From NCBI RefSeq assembly GCF_018350175.1, contig NC_058371.1, positions 7,006,001-7,070,000 on the forward strand: DNA of 64,000 nt, given 5' to 3'. Within the stretch, counting starts at the first letter, position 1, and every line of letters starts with the position of its first letter. Shown in pieces: positions 22,561-35,500 of this stretch. This DNA comes from Felis catus. Its lineage: Eukaryota. A program made the position numbers and the translations under genes. Under the pieces are notes generated by a model. It was given only the letters and a program-made list of their open reading frames with translations, ran no database searches and was not told the DNA's origin.

Positions 22561-24944
22561 TTGTATCAGAAAAAAGAGTGTGTGCATGTGTGTGTGTGTG
22601 TGTGTGTGCATGAGTGGTGGTATTGCTACATATGAAAGTGTCCTTTAGTACTTGGCAAGTCATTGAGACTTTGAGAAAATACCTGTTTGTGGAAAATGTG
22701 GCATGGACTATAGGAGAGTGACATGGTCTGGCACGATCGAGTGTAGGATTTTGTAAGAAGTTAAACGTTTACTGTAGATCAGCACTTGCAAATCTTGAAA
22801 CAATAAAACCTGTTGCTAAAGAAGTGAAATGTTGGTGTTCTAGTTTTCTCTGTGTGGTTGTAAACAGATTCAGTTCTGCACTCCTTGGTATGTGGGTGAG
22901 AGGAGCAGCAAGACTCCCCCCACCTCCCCCTTCGCCAACAGCTCCTTCCAAACAGATCAGCTCCACTCTTTCCAACTTGCCTCCGACACCATCTGTCTCC
23001 CTTCAAGCCCTGGTGGTGGCATAGTTGTGATCTTTAGCCCCACTTTCCTGGTTTCTTGGTGTCATGACCCTGGTCAGGCAAGGTCATGGAGGCACTCACT
23101 GTCAAGGACATCTAGTCCAAAATTTGGTGACCCTTCACCCTGTGTCTCTGCTACTGGAAGGAACCTGGTGCCAGAGACATGGCAGTTGTGCCCTCCAAGC
23201 CCCCAGAAAGCTCTGCGGATTTTGTCCCCACGCTTCTCAATTGAGCTAAGTAGAAACAAGAGTTAATGCCATGACCACAGTCTACATCTTCTTAAGGTAA
23301 TTCCTGATTCATGCATGCTCCAGTCACCTTAGATAAAGCCATAGCTGTTCGCCACCCCATCCCACAGACCAGAAAATAGGGCTCCAGTAGGATAAAATCC
23401 CTCAACCTATGAGCTGCCACATAAGCTGTTTTTTTAAAAATAATGAATGTAATGTACTTCTCCCCTAGAAAATTAAGCATTCTCACAAAGGGGATGTCCC
23501 TGCTTTGTCTCCAAGGCTTAGAAATATTGTCCTTTGACCAACACCAATATTGAACCTAAACATCAAGGGGAAATACTCCAAGGAGCTCCACTGGGCTGGC
23601 CTGTGCTCTTGCCATTCCAGCTCAATCCCAAAAACATGGTCCTGAGACCAAATAAATGAGCACATTCCTGATTGAAACTGATATATCATTAAAAAAAAAT
23701 CTCCACCAGCGATTCTATGGTCCAGGTAGGGTAGAAACATGTCAACTCATGTGCAACCGACTGTATCATCTGCCTCAGGGAAAGCATGCTCCATCCACAC
23801 GTTGTAGTTGAATTGAACTGGAATTCTGAGCAACCGCCTTATTTGAGACCTATCTGGTACCTCATCCAGGAATCACCATCCCTGTCCCCTGGTCTGTGTG
23901 TCACCAGGAGGGAAGGGATAGGTCCTGGTTCCACCTGGGGGGTGGGGTCTGTGCTAGTGTTGGGACCCCTATGATGGATGCACACACCCCCATGTCCCAG
24001 TGGGATTTATCCATGCCCGCATGGATGCGTGCTGGGGAGTCATACTGAGATTAAGGGACTTCAGTATAGGGCTGATCACATACAATTATATGATCACAGT
24101 GGGCCATACTCACACAAGATTTGTTTGAGTGGCACACGGACAGCCTGACCAAGTGGAGAGGTCCCTCATGGATGATATCTTCCAGTGGCCACAGTGTGGG
24201 GCCACTACCCAGGAAGCTAGGATGGCAAAGAAACTCCCCAGAGGAGAGGGGTTGGAGAAGGTGCTTACCTGTGGAGATGATGTCTCTCAACAGCAATATA
24301 GGGAGTCTCTGAGCCAGAGAATTATGAATGAATGACAGGAGCTTGGAGACACTGATAGTCATGGTTTATCTTATTTCCTGCTAGTAGATGTTAGGTGGGG
24401 ATTCACGGGGTATGCACAGAAGATATAGCCACACTAAAAACGGCTTAAAATCTACAAATTTGGGCTATGTTTAGAGCAATTCAGTGTGTAAAAATTTGAA
24501 TTTGGCAACAAGGGCTTTTGAGCTAAAGGGCTCTGTCCCCTGTCAATAAATAAACAACATAGGCCTGATATGCAGAGACCATCTTTGGCTCATCTATAAA
24601 CCATGACTGATCATTTCAAATGATTTGCCTTCATGTTTGCTGATTAGTTTTTCTCCTGATCAAATCCAATGCTAGGAGCCCTCTTATGATATGTTTTTTT
24701 TTTTTTTCATTTCAGCTATTGTAATTTTCAACTCCAGAATTTCTATTTAACTCCATTTTATAATTTATGTATTGAAACTCTTGATCTGGTAAAAGCACGT
24801 TCTTCCTGGTGTCCTTTATTTTTTTTTTAAAGCATCATTAAAATACTACTTTTAAAGCCATGTCCTTAGGGGCAGTGTCTTCAATTTCCTTACTTCCTCT
24901 CTCCATCCCCAGAATGAACTGTACTTCATTGCTTTTTTTGTTTG

Positions 24945-25215
24945 TTTCAAATTGTTATTTAAATATAGTTAGTTCACATATGGTGTAATATTGGTTTCAA
25001 GAGTAGAACTCAGGGATTTATCACTTACAGATGACACCCGGTGTCTGGGATGAGCATCCCAACAAGTGCCCTCTTTAATGCCCATCACCTGATTAGCCCA
25101 TCCCCCCATCTCCCTCTCCTCCAGCAACCCTCAGGTTGTTTTCTCCAGTTAAGAATCTCTGTGGTTTGCTTCTCTCTCTCTCTCTCTCGCTCTCGCTCTC
25201 TCTTCCTTCCCCTAC
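24945..25215 (-). mobile_element. L1 3'-end fragment
   Basis: catcccaacaagtgccctctttaatgcccatcacc...caaccctcag. Confidence 0.65.
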
Positions 25216-26829
25216 ATAGAAGTACTAAAAAAGAGCTGGGGGGTGAGGGTGGGACTCCAATACACATAACGTAAATGCCTTATAGTATAAGAAAAGGTTT
25301 ATAATGAAAATAAGAACTGTCCTAGAGACGAAGAATACCAATAAGCAGTACACATTAACAGCCCTGGTCCCATAGGTCAAGCCACGAGGGTTGTTTTTTT
25401 TTTTTAAACACTCAATCTGGACCTCCATATCCAAATAGGTAATATGTAAATAGTTGTGCTTAGATAGATTTCATAAACAAGACTGTAATAATGAGATATG
25501 CAAAGAACTATGGAAATTAATAGTTTTAAGCATGCATTGAACATTAAAGAGAAATACACAGAAATTTAATACATTAATGAAAGAGTATAAATCACAAATA
25601 AACACATAAAGCAAACAGAATAAATAAATATCCAGAAATATAAGAATAAATAAATGATTGCTATCTGATAGCAAATTTTACAGTAGAATATCCGCCAAGG
25701 CAAATCAAGGAATAGTTTCTATTCTCTATGCACAGACCACTTCTAAATATTATTGTCATTAGATTTCTCAAAAGAGATATAAATTGATTTTCCTCTTCTG
25801 CAGAAGGAACGACTCCATTCAAATGTATTTTCTCATCCTTTCCCAGACATGCATATAGTTACAAATTAAAGCAAAGGAAGGAGAACTTACTTCCTTTAAA
25901 GAGCAAAGTAAGAATTACACCAATTTCTCAACAGAAGTGAATAAAAGTCAATGAATTATCAATAAGGTGCTCAAAAAAGTTAATTATCTGTCAGAATTCT
26001 AAAGTTAATGAAAAACCCTTTAAAAAAACAGTATTAAAGACATTTTCATCTGAGAACATATAGTACTTTCCATAGAAAGGCGCTCTTCAGATAAATGAAA
26101 GTTATCCCAAATGATGGAAACCTAAAGATAAAGGAAAGGATACAGAAGAACAAAAAAGGCACGTTTTCATGTGATTAAAAACGATCAAGTTTTGTATAGC
26201 ACTATTAATTTTTTTAAAAACTCANNNNNNNNNNNNNNNNNNNNNNNNNNNNNNNNNNNNNNNNNNNNNNNNNNNNNNNNNNNNNNNNNNNNNNNNNNNN
26301 NNNNNNNNNNNNNNNNNNNNNNNNNNNNNNNNNNNNNNNNNNNNNNNNNNNNNNNNNNNNNNNNTACTGTCATACCACTGTGTTAGTTTACATATTGTAC
26401 TGTAATGTAATTGTACTATGTTATTAAACTATCATGCTGATGTTACAGTACATAATTACAGTTAAAACCCAAAGAGATGTAAAATACTAGTTCATACTTC
26501 ATATTCATATTTAATAACCCAAGGGTGTAAGTCTTCCTTTATGAATAATTACTGGACATATAAATGAATGAAATTACCCAACCTAAAGATGTAGAATGGC
26601 AGAATGGATTAAAAATTTTAAACGGACAAACAAAATCATGATGCAATTATATAATGTCTACAAGAGATTCCGCTTAAATCTAAAGCTACAACTAGGTTAA
26701 AAGTTAAAGGGGGGAAAAGATATGCCATGGAAGTAGTCACCAAAAGAGAACTAAGGTACTTATTTTAATATCAGACAAAACAGACATCAAGTCCAAAACT
26801 GTTACAATAGATAAACAAGGAATATATAT

Positions 26830-27031
26830 ATTAATGTTTATTTATTTTTGACAGAGAGAGACAGAGCATGAGCAGGGGAGGGGCAGAGAAGAGGGAGACA
26901 CAGGATCCGAAGCAGGGTCCAGGCTCTGAGCTGTCAGCACAGAGCCGGATGCGGGGCCTGAACTCACAGATCATGAGATCATGACCTGAGCCAAAGTTGG
27001 ACACTCAACTGACTGAGCCACACAGGCACCC
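26830..27031 (-). mobile_element. CAN-SINE
   Basis: Consensus body and head. Confidence 0.88.
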
Positions 27032-27504
27032 AAGGATACTATATATTGATTAAAGAATCTGTAGTATAAGGAGATATAATACTTATAAATATATATGTGA
27101 CAAATATTAGAAGTATCAAATATATGAAGCAAACATTGACAAAATCAAAGGGAAAAAAGGAAATACTTCCACAATAATGGAGACATCAATACTTATTTTC
27201 AGTAATGGATACAAGAACCAGATAGAAGTTCTGTATAGAAAGAAAGTGACTTAAATAGCAGCATATCAGTTAGTCCTCACAGATATATGACACACTCCAC
27301 CACCAACAGCATAACAAATCAAGCACATGGGGAACATTCTCTGGACCAGACTATATGTTTGGCTGCAAAAAACTTTTAATAAATTTAAAGCGATTGAAAT
27401 CATACAAAGTACTGTTTCTGCTCACAATGGAAAATAAATAGAAATCGATGACAGAAGGAAAACTGGAAAATTTGCAAATATGTGGAAATAAAACAATATA
27501 CATA

Positions 27505-27757
27505 TATTTTAATTTTTAATGTTTACTTATTTTTGAGGGGGCGGTGACAGAAAGAGAGACAGAGAATCTGAATCGGGCTCCACGCATCAGCACAAAACCT
27601 GACTTGGGGCCTGAACTCACTAACCGTGAGATCATCACCTGAGCCAAAGTCAGACATTAAACCGACTGAGCCAACCAGGCCCTCCAACAACATATTTTTT
27701 TTTTTTTAGTTTATTTACTTATTTTTGAGAGAGTGTGAGCATGATCAGGGGAAGAGC

Positions 27758-27805
<48 letters not shown>

Positions 27806-27926
27806 CCCAAGCAGGCTCCACACTCAGTGTAGAGCCCGACGCAGGGCTCAAACTCACAAATTGTGAGATCATGACCTGAGCCAAAATCAAGAGTCACTTA
27901 ACCAACTGCAACACCCAGGCGCCCCC
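27505..27926 (-). mobile_element. Two adjacent CAN-SINEs (about 27505-27685 and 27695-27926)
   Basis: Two heads and two poly-T tails. Confidence 0.85.
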
Positions 27927-28235
27927 CAACAGCATATTCTTAACAGCCAATGAGACAAAGGGGAAATCACAAGGGAAATTAGAAAACATCTCGAGACAAC
28001 TGAAACAAAAACACAATATTCTAAAACCTGGGTGATGCGGTGAAAGCAGCACTAAGAGGGAAGTTCATATATGGAAACACATAAAATGAAATCTTATCTA
28101 AACCTAATAACCTAATTTCACATCCTTATAAACCAGGAAAAGATGAGCAACCTAAACCTAAGGATAGAAGAATGAAGAAAAATCATAAAGATTAGAGGAG
28201 AGGAAAAGAAAGAAAAGTGACATAGGAAATATTTT

Positions 28236-28460
28236 AGGGGAGGTGGGGTGGCTCAGTCAGTTAACCATCTGACTTTGGCTCCGGTCATGATCTCATGATT
28301 CAGTTCAAGCCTCGCATTGGGCTGTCAGCCCAGAGTCGACTTTGGATCCTCTGTCCCCTTGCCTCTCTGCCATTCCCCCACTCGTTCTCTCCCTCTCCCC
28401 CCCCCCTCATCCCCACCCCCTCCCCAAAATTAATAAAAGTTAAAAAATTAAAAAAATATT
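28236..28460 (+). mobile_element. CAN-SINE
   Basis: gggtggctcagtcagttaa head and A-rich tail. Confidence 0.82.
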
Positions 28461-28659
28461 TTAGAAAGTCAGTATTTGAAAGCAAAACAAAAGAAAATTT
28501 TAGGTACATTACACATAAAAAAAGAGAGGACTCAACTAGCAGAATGAGAAATGAAGTGGGGTTATGTCAGAGTGACAGAAATATAAAAAGTATTACAAAA
28601 TGATTTGAATTTTTGTATGCTAACAAATTAGGTAACCTAGATGAAACCAAAGTGATTTC

Positions 28660-29337
28660 CATGGGGATCCATTTCACGGACTTTCCTTTATGTCCATGAT
28701 TTTGAGGGATTGCTTGTATGTGTGCTAGCAATGTGTGGGGTGGGGTGCGAATATTATTTTGGGACACTCTTCCAACACCTGGATCTCTCAGGATGCACAG
28801 GCATCTTTCTCTGGTGACACACACCCCCCCCTCTGCCCCATTGGCTATCCAAACTCAGTAGCCCCCACCATGAGCCTCCACCAGCAGGAGGCCTCTAATT
28901 TCCCTAGAAGCCAGAATGGAAGTGCTTGTCCAATTCAGGAGGCAGACACGATGCGGAACCTTTCTAGTAGTTGTTCTGATGGAATCAAAGCATCAAGGTG
29001 ATACAGCCATGTAGTTTTTCATCACCACCCTGAGGTGGAGGACCACTTCCAATGAAAATTGAATTCTTTTCTTTCTCACATTTTTTTAGAATGGACTAAG
29101 GTCTTAGAGTTTCTGTTTCTCTCTTTGCTGTGTTTGTCATGAATGTGTCCTTGGTGGTGAGGAAAGAGTAGTGGCTATTCTTTCTGTGTTGTGTATTCCC
29201 ACAGCATCCACACAGGCTGATGCCCATGTATACCACCAAGAGGGCCTCTGTCCTGGAATCACACCTCCTGGGTGAGCCTCCTAGCATGACACCTGATATA
29301 AGAGCACTGTACCCATCAGCTTCTCCTCTCAGAAGAG
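28660..29337 (+). pseudogene. Truncated FAM90A relic (last intron plus start of last exon)
   Basis: Acceptor attcccacag, then HPHRLMPMYTTKRASVL from 29205. Intron part is similar to 34330-34857. Left boundary approximate. Confidence 0.75.
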
Positions 29338-29339
29338 AG

Positions 29340-30950
29340 GAGAATTGCTTTTGAAACAATATCATAGCCCTCCTTGTCCACTTGCTAGGTCCTGGCAGGG
29401 GCTGAGGCTACAGAACCAGTGAGAGAAGCAAGCGGGTGTCATTGGAGTCTGAAGATGGTAGGTTCCAGACCCGGGAAGAACGGACATGTCAGGGTCAGGC
29501 ACTCAGACAGGAGTAGGTGTCTCATCCTGGAACAGGGGTGAGCTTTGTGCTCCAGGAAGGTCTGGAATGGACTGGTTCATGTCACTACATTAAATAGGGG
29601 GACTTGATTTTTTTCAGACCAGTCATGTGTGAGTTACCAGCATCTAACACCATCCAGTGAGAACGCAACTGATTTTCTAGAAAGAGATGACAACCAAAGG
29701 GAGAGATGATTCCTTGCAGAAACACGTCCAAACTTGGCGCCTACCAACGGATATTTGAAGAACAGGGAAAGGTGTGCTTGTGCCCTGGTCTCACTCGCCT
29801 TCTCCTCCACCCACTATCTGGTGAATTCTCCTTGGGGAGTGGTCCTGACAGTGGCCCGTGCCAGGTGGAGTGAGGGCCTAGATGTGAGGTGAGGCCAGCT
29901 GAGGGTTGAGAGCATTGGGAAGGGCTGTGGGGATGGCTGTGGCAGGGGTAAGGATGCTGCATGTAAGGGTGGGGCCGTGGTATGGTGCCATGGAGTGAGG
30001 TCAGGCAGAGGCTGAAGGAAGCGGTGGGTGGGGCTGGAGGGCACCAGGTTGGGGGAGGGCCATGCCTTGAGGGCAGTGGACAGAGGCCACAGGAGCAGCC
30101 TCCTGGAGAAGATTGGAAAGGCCAATTCCAAAGTGCATACCACATCCAATAACGCCAATCTTCAAGGAGAGAAACCATCCAGAGTGCCAACAGCACTGCC
30201 GATGGAGGCCCTCCATCTTGGCCAGTGGGGCCGCTAGCTTTTGCACTGCTGTGGGAGAAAGGTGATCGCTTGGATAACACTCAGAAATGCCCCGCCGATA
30301 GGATTCCACCTTGTTCCTTGGCTCTGGCCCTTCAGGATCTGAAAAACATCCCCCTGACACAGTGTCCATGGCTGATGCCAGCCAGGCCATGAGAAATGGT
30401 GGCAATCACACCAATATTCCCCAATGGGAGAAAAAGCTAAATAGAATGTCCAAGTTGATGGGCAAGAAGAAAGAGCCCCAAACGAGGAGAGTCGGAGACA
30501 GGGAGCCCCCTGCATCAACACAGGGACTTGTCAGGAACAGCGATTTGGGTCACAAGACCAAGTGCCAAAGCAGCTAGTCCCAAGGGGACATGGAGCATAG
30601 AATCCCATTCCTCCGAATGTCCTAGCGAGCGTAGTTACCATCCTAGAGACAGAAAGGGGAATGGGGAGGGCAGGGCAGGGTGTGGAGTGAAGGGACGTTG
30701 GAAATAGGTCATGGACACACTGCTCCCATTAGGAAAGTGAGAAGCTTGGACACAGAGGACTGAAGGGGCTGAAGGGGCCCCCAACCACAGGAACATACAT
30801 GATGCCAGGGGCCCCAAAAGCTTCTGGGTAGGCAAATAAGAAAAGTGAGGTTATGAATGAAACAGGCATACACACACATGTCTCTTTTTCCTAGAATAAA
30901 GATGATTCTGAAAAGTCTATCTCCATATACATACTATTTACAAATGCATG
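29340..30950. repeat. FAM90A upstream spacer module; inverted paralogs at 46030-46770 and 52200-53424
   Basis: 29380-30080 matches the reverse complement of 46030-46740, and 29744-30950 matches the reverse complement of 52200-53424. Confidence 0.85.
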
Positions 30951-31170
30951 AGGGGCACCTGGGGTTTTTAGTAGGTTAAGTGTCGGGCTTTGGTTCAAGC
31001 CATGATCTCACAGTCTGTGGCTTTGAGCCCTGTGTCAGGCTCAGTGCTGACAGCTGGGAGCCTGGAGTCTATATCAAATTCTGTATCTCCCTCTTTGTCT
31101 GCCTTTCCCTTGCTCCTGCTCTGTGTCTCTCTGTCTCTCAAAAATGAATAAACATCAAAATTTTTTTTCT
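30951..31170 (+). mobile_element. CAN-SINE
   Basis: ggggcacctgg head, (CT)n and tail. Confidence 0.85.
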
Positions 31171-31235
31171 TAATGCATGGAAATGCTAAACCACAAGGGT
31201 TAATTCCTAGTTTCTAGGAGGGACAACAGCACAGC

Positions 31236-31295
31236 TGATTGAATTAATTGGATTAAAGTGATCGAGAGGTCACGTGACCTTGGGCCAGTATAAAG
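31236..31295 (+). promoter_or_regulatory. Putative FAM90A-B promoter: DUX site(s), palindrome, TATA box
   Basis: TGATTGAATTA 31236-31246, TAATTGGATTA 31245-31255, AGGTCACGTGACCT 31267-31280, TATAAAG 31289-31295. Confidence 0.65.
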
Positions 31296-31892
31296 GTCAG
31301 GGAAGGAAGGAAGCTTCTCTCACTGACCATTCCTCGTGCATTCGGATGCTGATTCTCCTCCACTGGAGTCTGCCTGCCACACATTGTTCTGAACGTCTCT
31401 GACACACAGGGGGAGCACATTTGCATTTCAGGTGGGTTGGGATGATTTGGGCCTCACCCGAGCTAGCAGAGAAATTGGACAGGGACGAAATGGAAGTTGT
31501 GATGTGCCTCTACTCACCAGGTGAATAGTCTTTAGTGTTGATGACTATTCTGGGGAAAGAGACTGAGGAAAGTCATGTATCTCAATATTCCTGAGGACAT
31601 GAGGTTCTGATTCGAAAGGAAGTGAACCCCAGAGTCTGGTTGGTGTGGGGGCATGCGGGAGCAGCGACAGCATCCTGCTCCATTTCACCATTGGGTCTGA
31701 AAGCCTAAAGAATTCACTCCGAGTTCACCGGAGTTTCGATATTCATTTCCCATGGTTTACAAGGAAATTCAGAGTGGGGACCTAGAAAGAAACCATAAAT
31801 AAAAGAGTTCAGACCCTCACCTTGGAAGATTCCAATCTAGTAAAAGGGATACTAGGTTTTTGGAATTGATTTTGTATTTGAAAATGGCTTCC

Positions 31893-32124
31893 GGGGCACC
31901 TGGGTGGCGCAGTCGGTTAAGCGTCTGACTTCAGCCAGGTCACGATCTCGCGGTCTGTGGGTTCGGGCCCCGCGTCGGGCTCTGGGCTGATGGCTCAGAG
32001 CCTGGAGCCTCTTTCCGATTCTGTGTCTCCCTCTCTCTCTGCCCCTCCCCTGTTCATGCTCTGTCTCTCTCTGTCCCAAAAATAAATAAACGTTGAAAAA
32101 AAAATTAAAAAAAAAAAAAGAAAA
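31893..32124 (+). mobile_element. Young felid SINEC_Fc
   Basis: ggggcacctgggtggcgcagtcgg...aaacgttgaaaaaaaa; TSD gaaaatggcttcc; empty site near 1594-1606. Confidence 0.95.
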
Positions 32125-32563
32125 GAAAATGGCTTCCTTTTATGTCAAATGGGCAGTTCCGTTTTTTGAGAGTCAAGCATACTTGTGTATGTTGGGGCAG
32201 TATTTCTCGTGTAAGTCAGGGCAGTATTTCCTGTGGTTTTCATACCAGAGTACATTTGAAAGACTTCATGAAAGTCTCTCCATGGAGTCACTCAAGACCG
32301 TCTCCCCTGCCTTTCCTAAGGTTTCCCTGCTGGGGGTGGGTCCTCAGTAGACTGTGTAGAACATGCAGGAAGGAGAGGTCTTGCAGGGTGAAGACTGTAT
32401 TTGACCTGGAGGTCATGACGCCCCCTCATGCCTGTTGGGAGAAAGGGTACATGAAAGAGTCAAATATCTATGTGAATATGACTCTCCTTTCTCTTTTGAC
32501 TCAGGAAATCCAAAAATCCCTATCCGTGGAAGGCTGACCTGACCCTCCAAGGAGGTGGGGCAG

Positions 32564-35500
32564 ATGGCAGCAGGTCACACCAAGCAGGAATTTTACAGAC
32601 CCTTGAATGCCCCAAAATGGAAGAGGCAACACAGGTTCCCCATGGTGTACAGGAATCCCAGGCCAGTGGAGGAGGATCCTAGGGTAAGTGGATCCTTGGA
32701 GGTGTGGTGAAGCAGCGGGTGGGAGCCACTACTCTGGAGATGGGGATTGCACATGACAAGCTCTGTGTCCTGTCAGTTGTCCTTTCCTAGCCAAGGATGG
32801 TCTGCCTTGGAATCTCCCCAGCAGGCTCATTAGGACCTTCAGATCTGTGGATCAAACTTACTTATATGTAGGTCATGTCTAGGCTGGTGTTTGTCCAAAT
32901 CTTTCCATGTGGCACATTTCTATTCAGTCTGAAATCTCCAATCCCTGCTGTGGTCCCTCTCCCCACAGAGGTTCAAACATATTAAATATCCCGGAGCTCA
33001 CAAGTCGTATATGATGTACCCTGTCCAGAACCCATCTTCCACTCCCAGAATATGTCTTTCTCTGTCATAGACTCTAAGTCTAAAGTTCTCTTTTGTTCAG
33101 GAAAAAGGGGACACAGGATTAAAGCAAGAGATGGCTAATGTCTGGGCAAAGACAAGAGACCCAAATCAGGGTTCTTGCCCCTTATTTATTAAGATCAGAG
33201 GCTTACAAACGTGATGGGCATGGACAAAGAGACCAAGATACTGTGAACAATAACTTGGGGACGTGAGGGAAAATGGGGGTTTTGAAGATATACAGTGTTT
33301 GGGGTTTGGGTCAGTATCAAACAAAATCCTGGCCCCGGGCAGATAGGCAGAGGATTGTTAAGGGCAGGCAGGAGGTACTGTGCCTGTTTATCTTTGGCAG
33401 CTTAGGGGATGAGACAGACAGGGAGAATAGCCTCAAGGTTAACAAGGCACCTTTTCTTTTGTTAACCATCTCCTCTCCAGGCTGCTTGGCCTGCAGCGCA
33501 GTGTCCATTGTCCAATTCACCAGTTTACCTAACTTGGCCTTTTCCTCCTGTGAAAGCAGTTTTTCTGCTATAGAACTAATTGGGGGGCCTTTTTTCCCTG
33601 CATGCCTGATCTTGCTTATCTCATATACTTTTGTATTGGGAGCCTTTGCGCCCATTCCTATTTTGGGGACTCTGCACCCACTTTCTATTTTGGGTGCCTT
33701 TGCACCTCCCTATTCTTGGGGTGCCAATCTGATTTACCCAAACTCAGGTGTTTGGGGGAGCATTCTATGGCTTTGAATTTCTTTATGCCTTGTTAACCCA
33801 TTGGTGTAAGCCCAGGGGATTCCTAAGCTTATCCCCCACACTTCTCATGTTCTTTACACTTGGATTTTGGTTCCTGCTCATTCACTGAGTCTCTCCACCT
33901 TCCCTCACACAGGTAAAGTGTAAGAACTGCAGAGCCTTTGGGCACAAAGCATCAAGCAGCTGGTGCACCATGAGGCACTGGGATGGGTCCCGGATCCCCC
34001 AGACCTGGGACTCCAGGAAGCTGAGGGAGAATCTGGAACCAAGGAGAATGTGGAAGACAGGCAATGCAGCTCCTTCTACTTCCCAAGTTTTGTCGTGTAG
34101 ACGAGAAGGTCAGCAGAGGAAGGCGCTGCTCCAGAGATTCCCCAGGAGACGCCCAGGAAGGCAGCAGCGAACCTGGAGGGAATCCACAGAACCCTGTGAC
34201 TATGAGAGGGTGAGTGTCCCCTGTTCCTGCTCTTCTTCTTTCCCTGGGACAGGGGTGGGCTTCATTGCCCTCCTGGGAGCAGAGGGGTTTCAACTTTGAC
34301 CAAGGTGATTTCTCTGGGAGTCCTTTTCACCCAGTTCCCCTGGGTGTCCATGCTTTTGCAGGATCCCTTGTATGTGTGCTAACAGTGTGGCTAGTGGGGA
34401 AGGGCGGTGAGAACACTATATCAGAAAACTCTTGCAACACCTAGACGCCTCTCTGGAAGACCACACATCTTTCTTTGTGACACATACTCCCAAGTTGCCC
34501 ATGGAATTCAGTAGCCCCCACCGCAAACCTCCACCTGCAGGACGCCTGTACTTTCCCTGGAAGCATGAATGGACGTGCTTGCCCACTTCGGGAGGCAGGC
34601 ACGATGCACAACCTTTCTGGTCTGTCACTCCAGTGGAATCAAAGCATCAAGGGGCTACTGCCTAGTGTTTCTTCCTGATCAGCACTGAGCTGGAGGCCTT
34701 CATCCTCTGTCAGTAGAATCCTTTCCTGTCTCTCCCAGTTGTTTGCAATGGACTGAGGTCTTGGCGTTTCTGTTTCTTTGCTGTGCTTGTCGTGCATGTG
34801 TCCTTGGTGGGGAGGAAGGACTCATGGCTGTTGTCTGTGTGTTGTGTGTTCCCACAGCATCTGCCCAGGCCGATGCCCATGTACACCACCAAGAGGGTGT
34901 CTGTGCTGGCACCGCACATCCCGGCTGAGCCTCCCAGCGGGACACCTGACAGGACACAGCTGTCCCCGTCGGCTGCTCCTCTCGGGAGACCTGCGGCAAA
35001 CACCTTCCTGCCTGCTGGCCGACAGGATGCCCAGCAAGTGGGGACCCCTGCCCCTCCTGCCCCGCCTGCCCCAGCACACCAACGCTCTGCCTGGGATCCA
35101 GGCCTCAGTGTCCAGCTGAGACAACACCAGCCCCGTTGTGCCTCCCTGGAAGGTCTCCAGACTGTCTCTAGGGCGCAGGGCACTGGCCATGCCCAGGTAC
35201 CAGCCAAGCGTCCTGAGGTGAGCCCTGATCCTCCTCCAACCCGTTTGGCTCCAAGTCCCCAGCCCCACATCCAGACACCAGGCAAGAGATGGGCCCCGCT
35301 CCCCGATGACACATGCCAGAACCCCCAAAAGAAACCCCGTTGCGGCCCCTTCCAGCCACCCCACAAGAGCACAGGGAGCACCCATGTGGGGCTTCAGAGT
35401 CTGTGTCGTCCAGCAAGGAGAAGTTCATGTGGTCCCACAGGGGCAGCCCAACTGACCAAGAAGACACGTGCCTCGCTGCAAAGCAGGGGCCTCCAGCCTC

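Larger units (their letters stand above)
26500..28655 (+). mobile_element. Old L1 ORF2 (endonuclease region) fragment interrupted by four SINEs
   Basis: Typical motifs gaatggattaaaaa, ctacaagaga, atatcagacaaaa, gaacattctc. Boundaries approximate. Confidence 0.7.
31230..33680 (+). repeat. Partner arm of the inverted duplication of 1-2280
   Basis: As above; carries an extra SINE at 31893-32124. Confidence 0.9.

Noticed and set aside
23480-24365. Possible ERVL internal fragment
   Set aside because: Resemblance too weak to call without a repeat library.
32142-32537. 131-aa ORF also open at 1194-1589
   Set aside because: Lies in FAM90A 5' intron/UTR of a recent duplication, has no recognisable domain and is not preserved as the same ORF in copy C.
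33273-33776. 167- and 112-aa ORFs
   Set aside because: Inside the solo LTR; the paralog has stops and a poly-A expansion.
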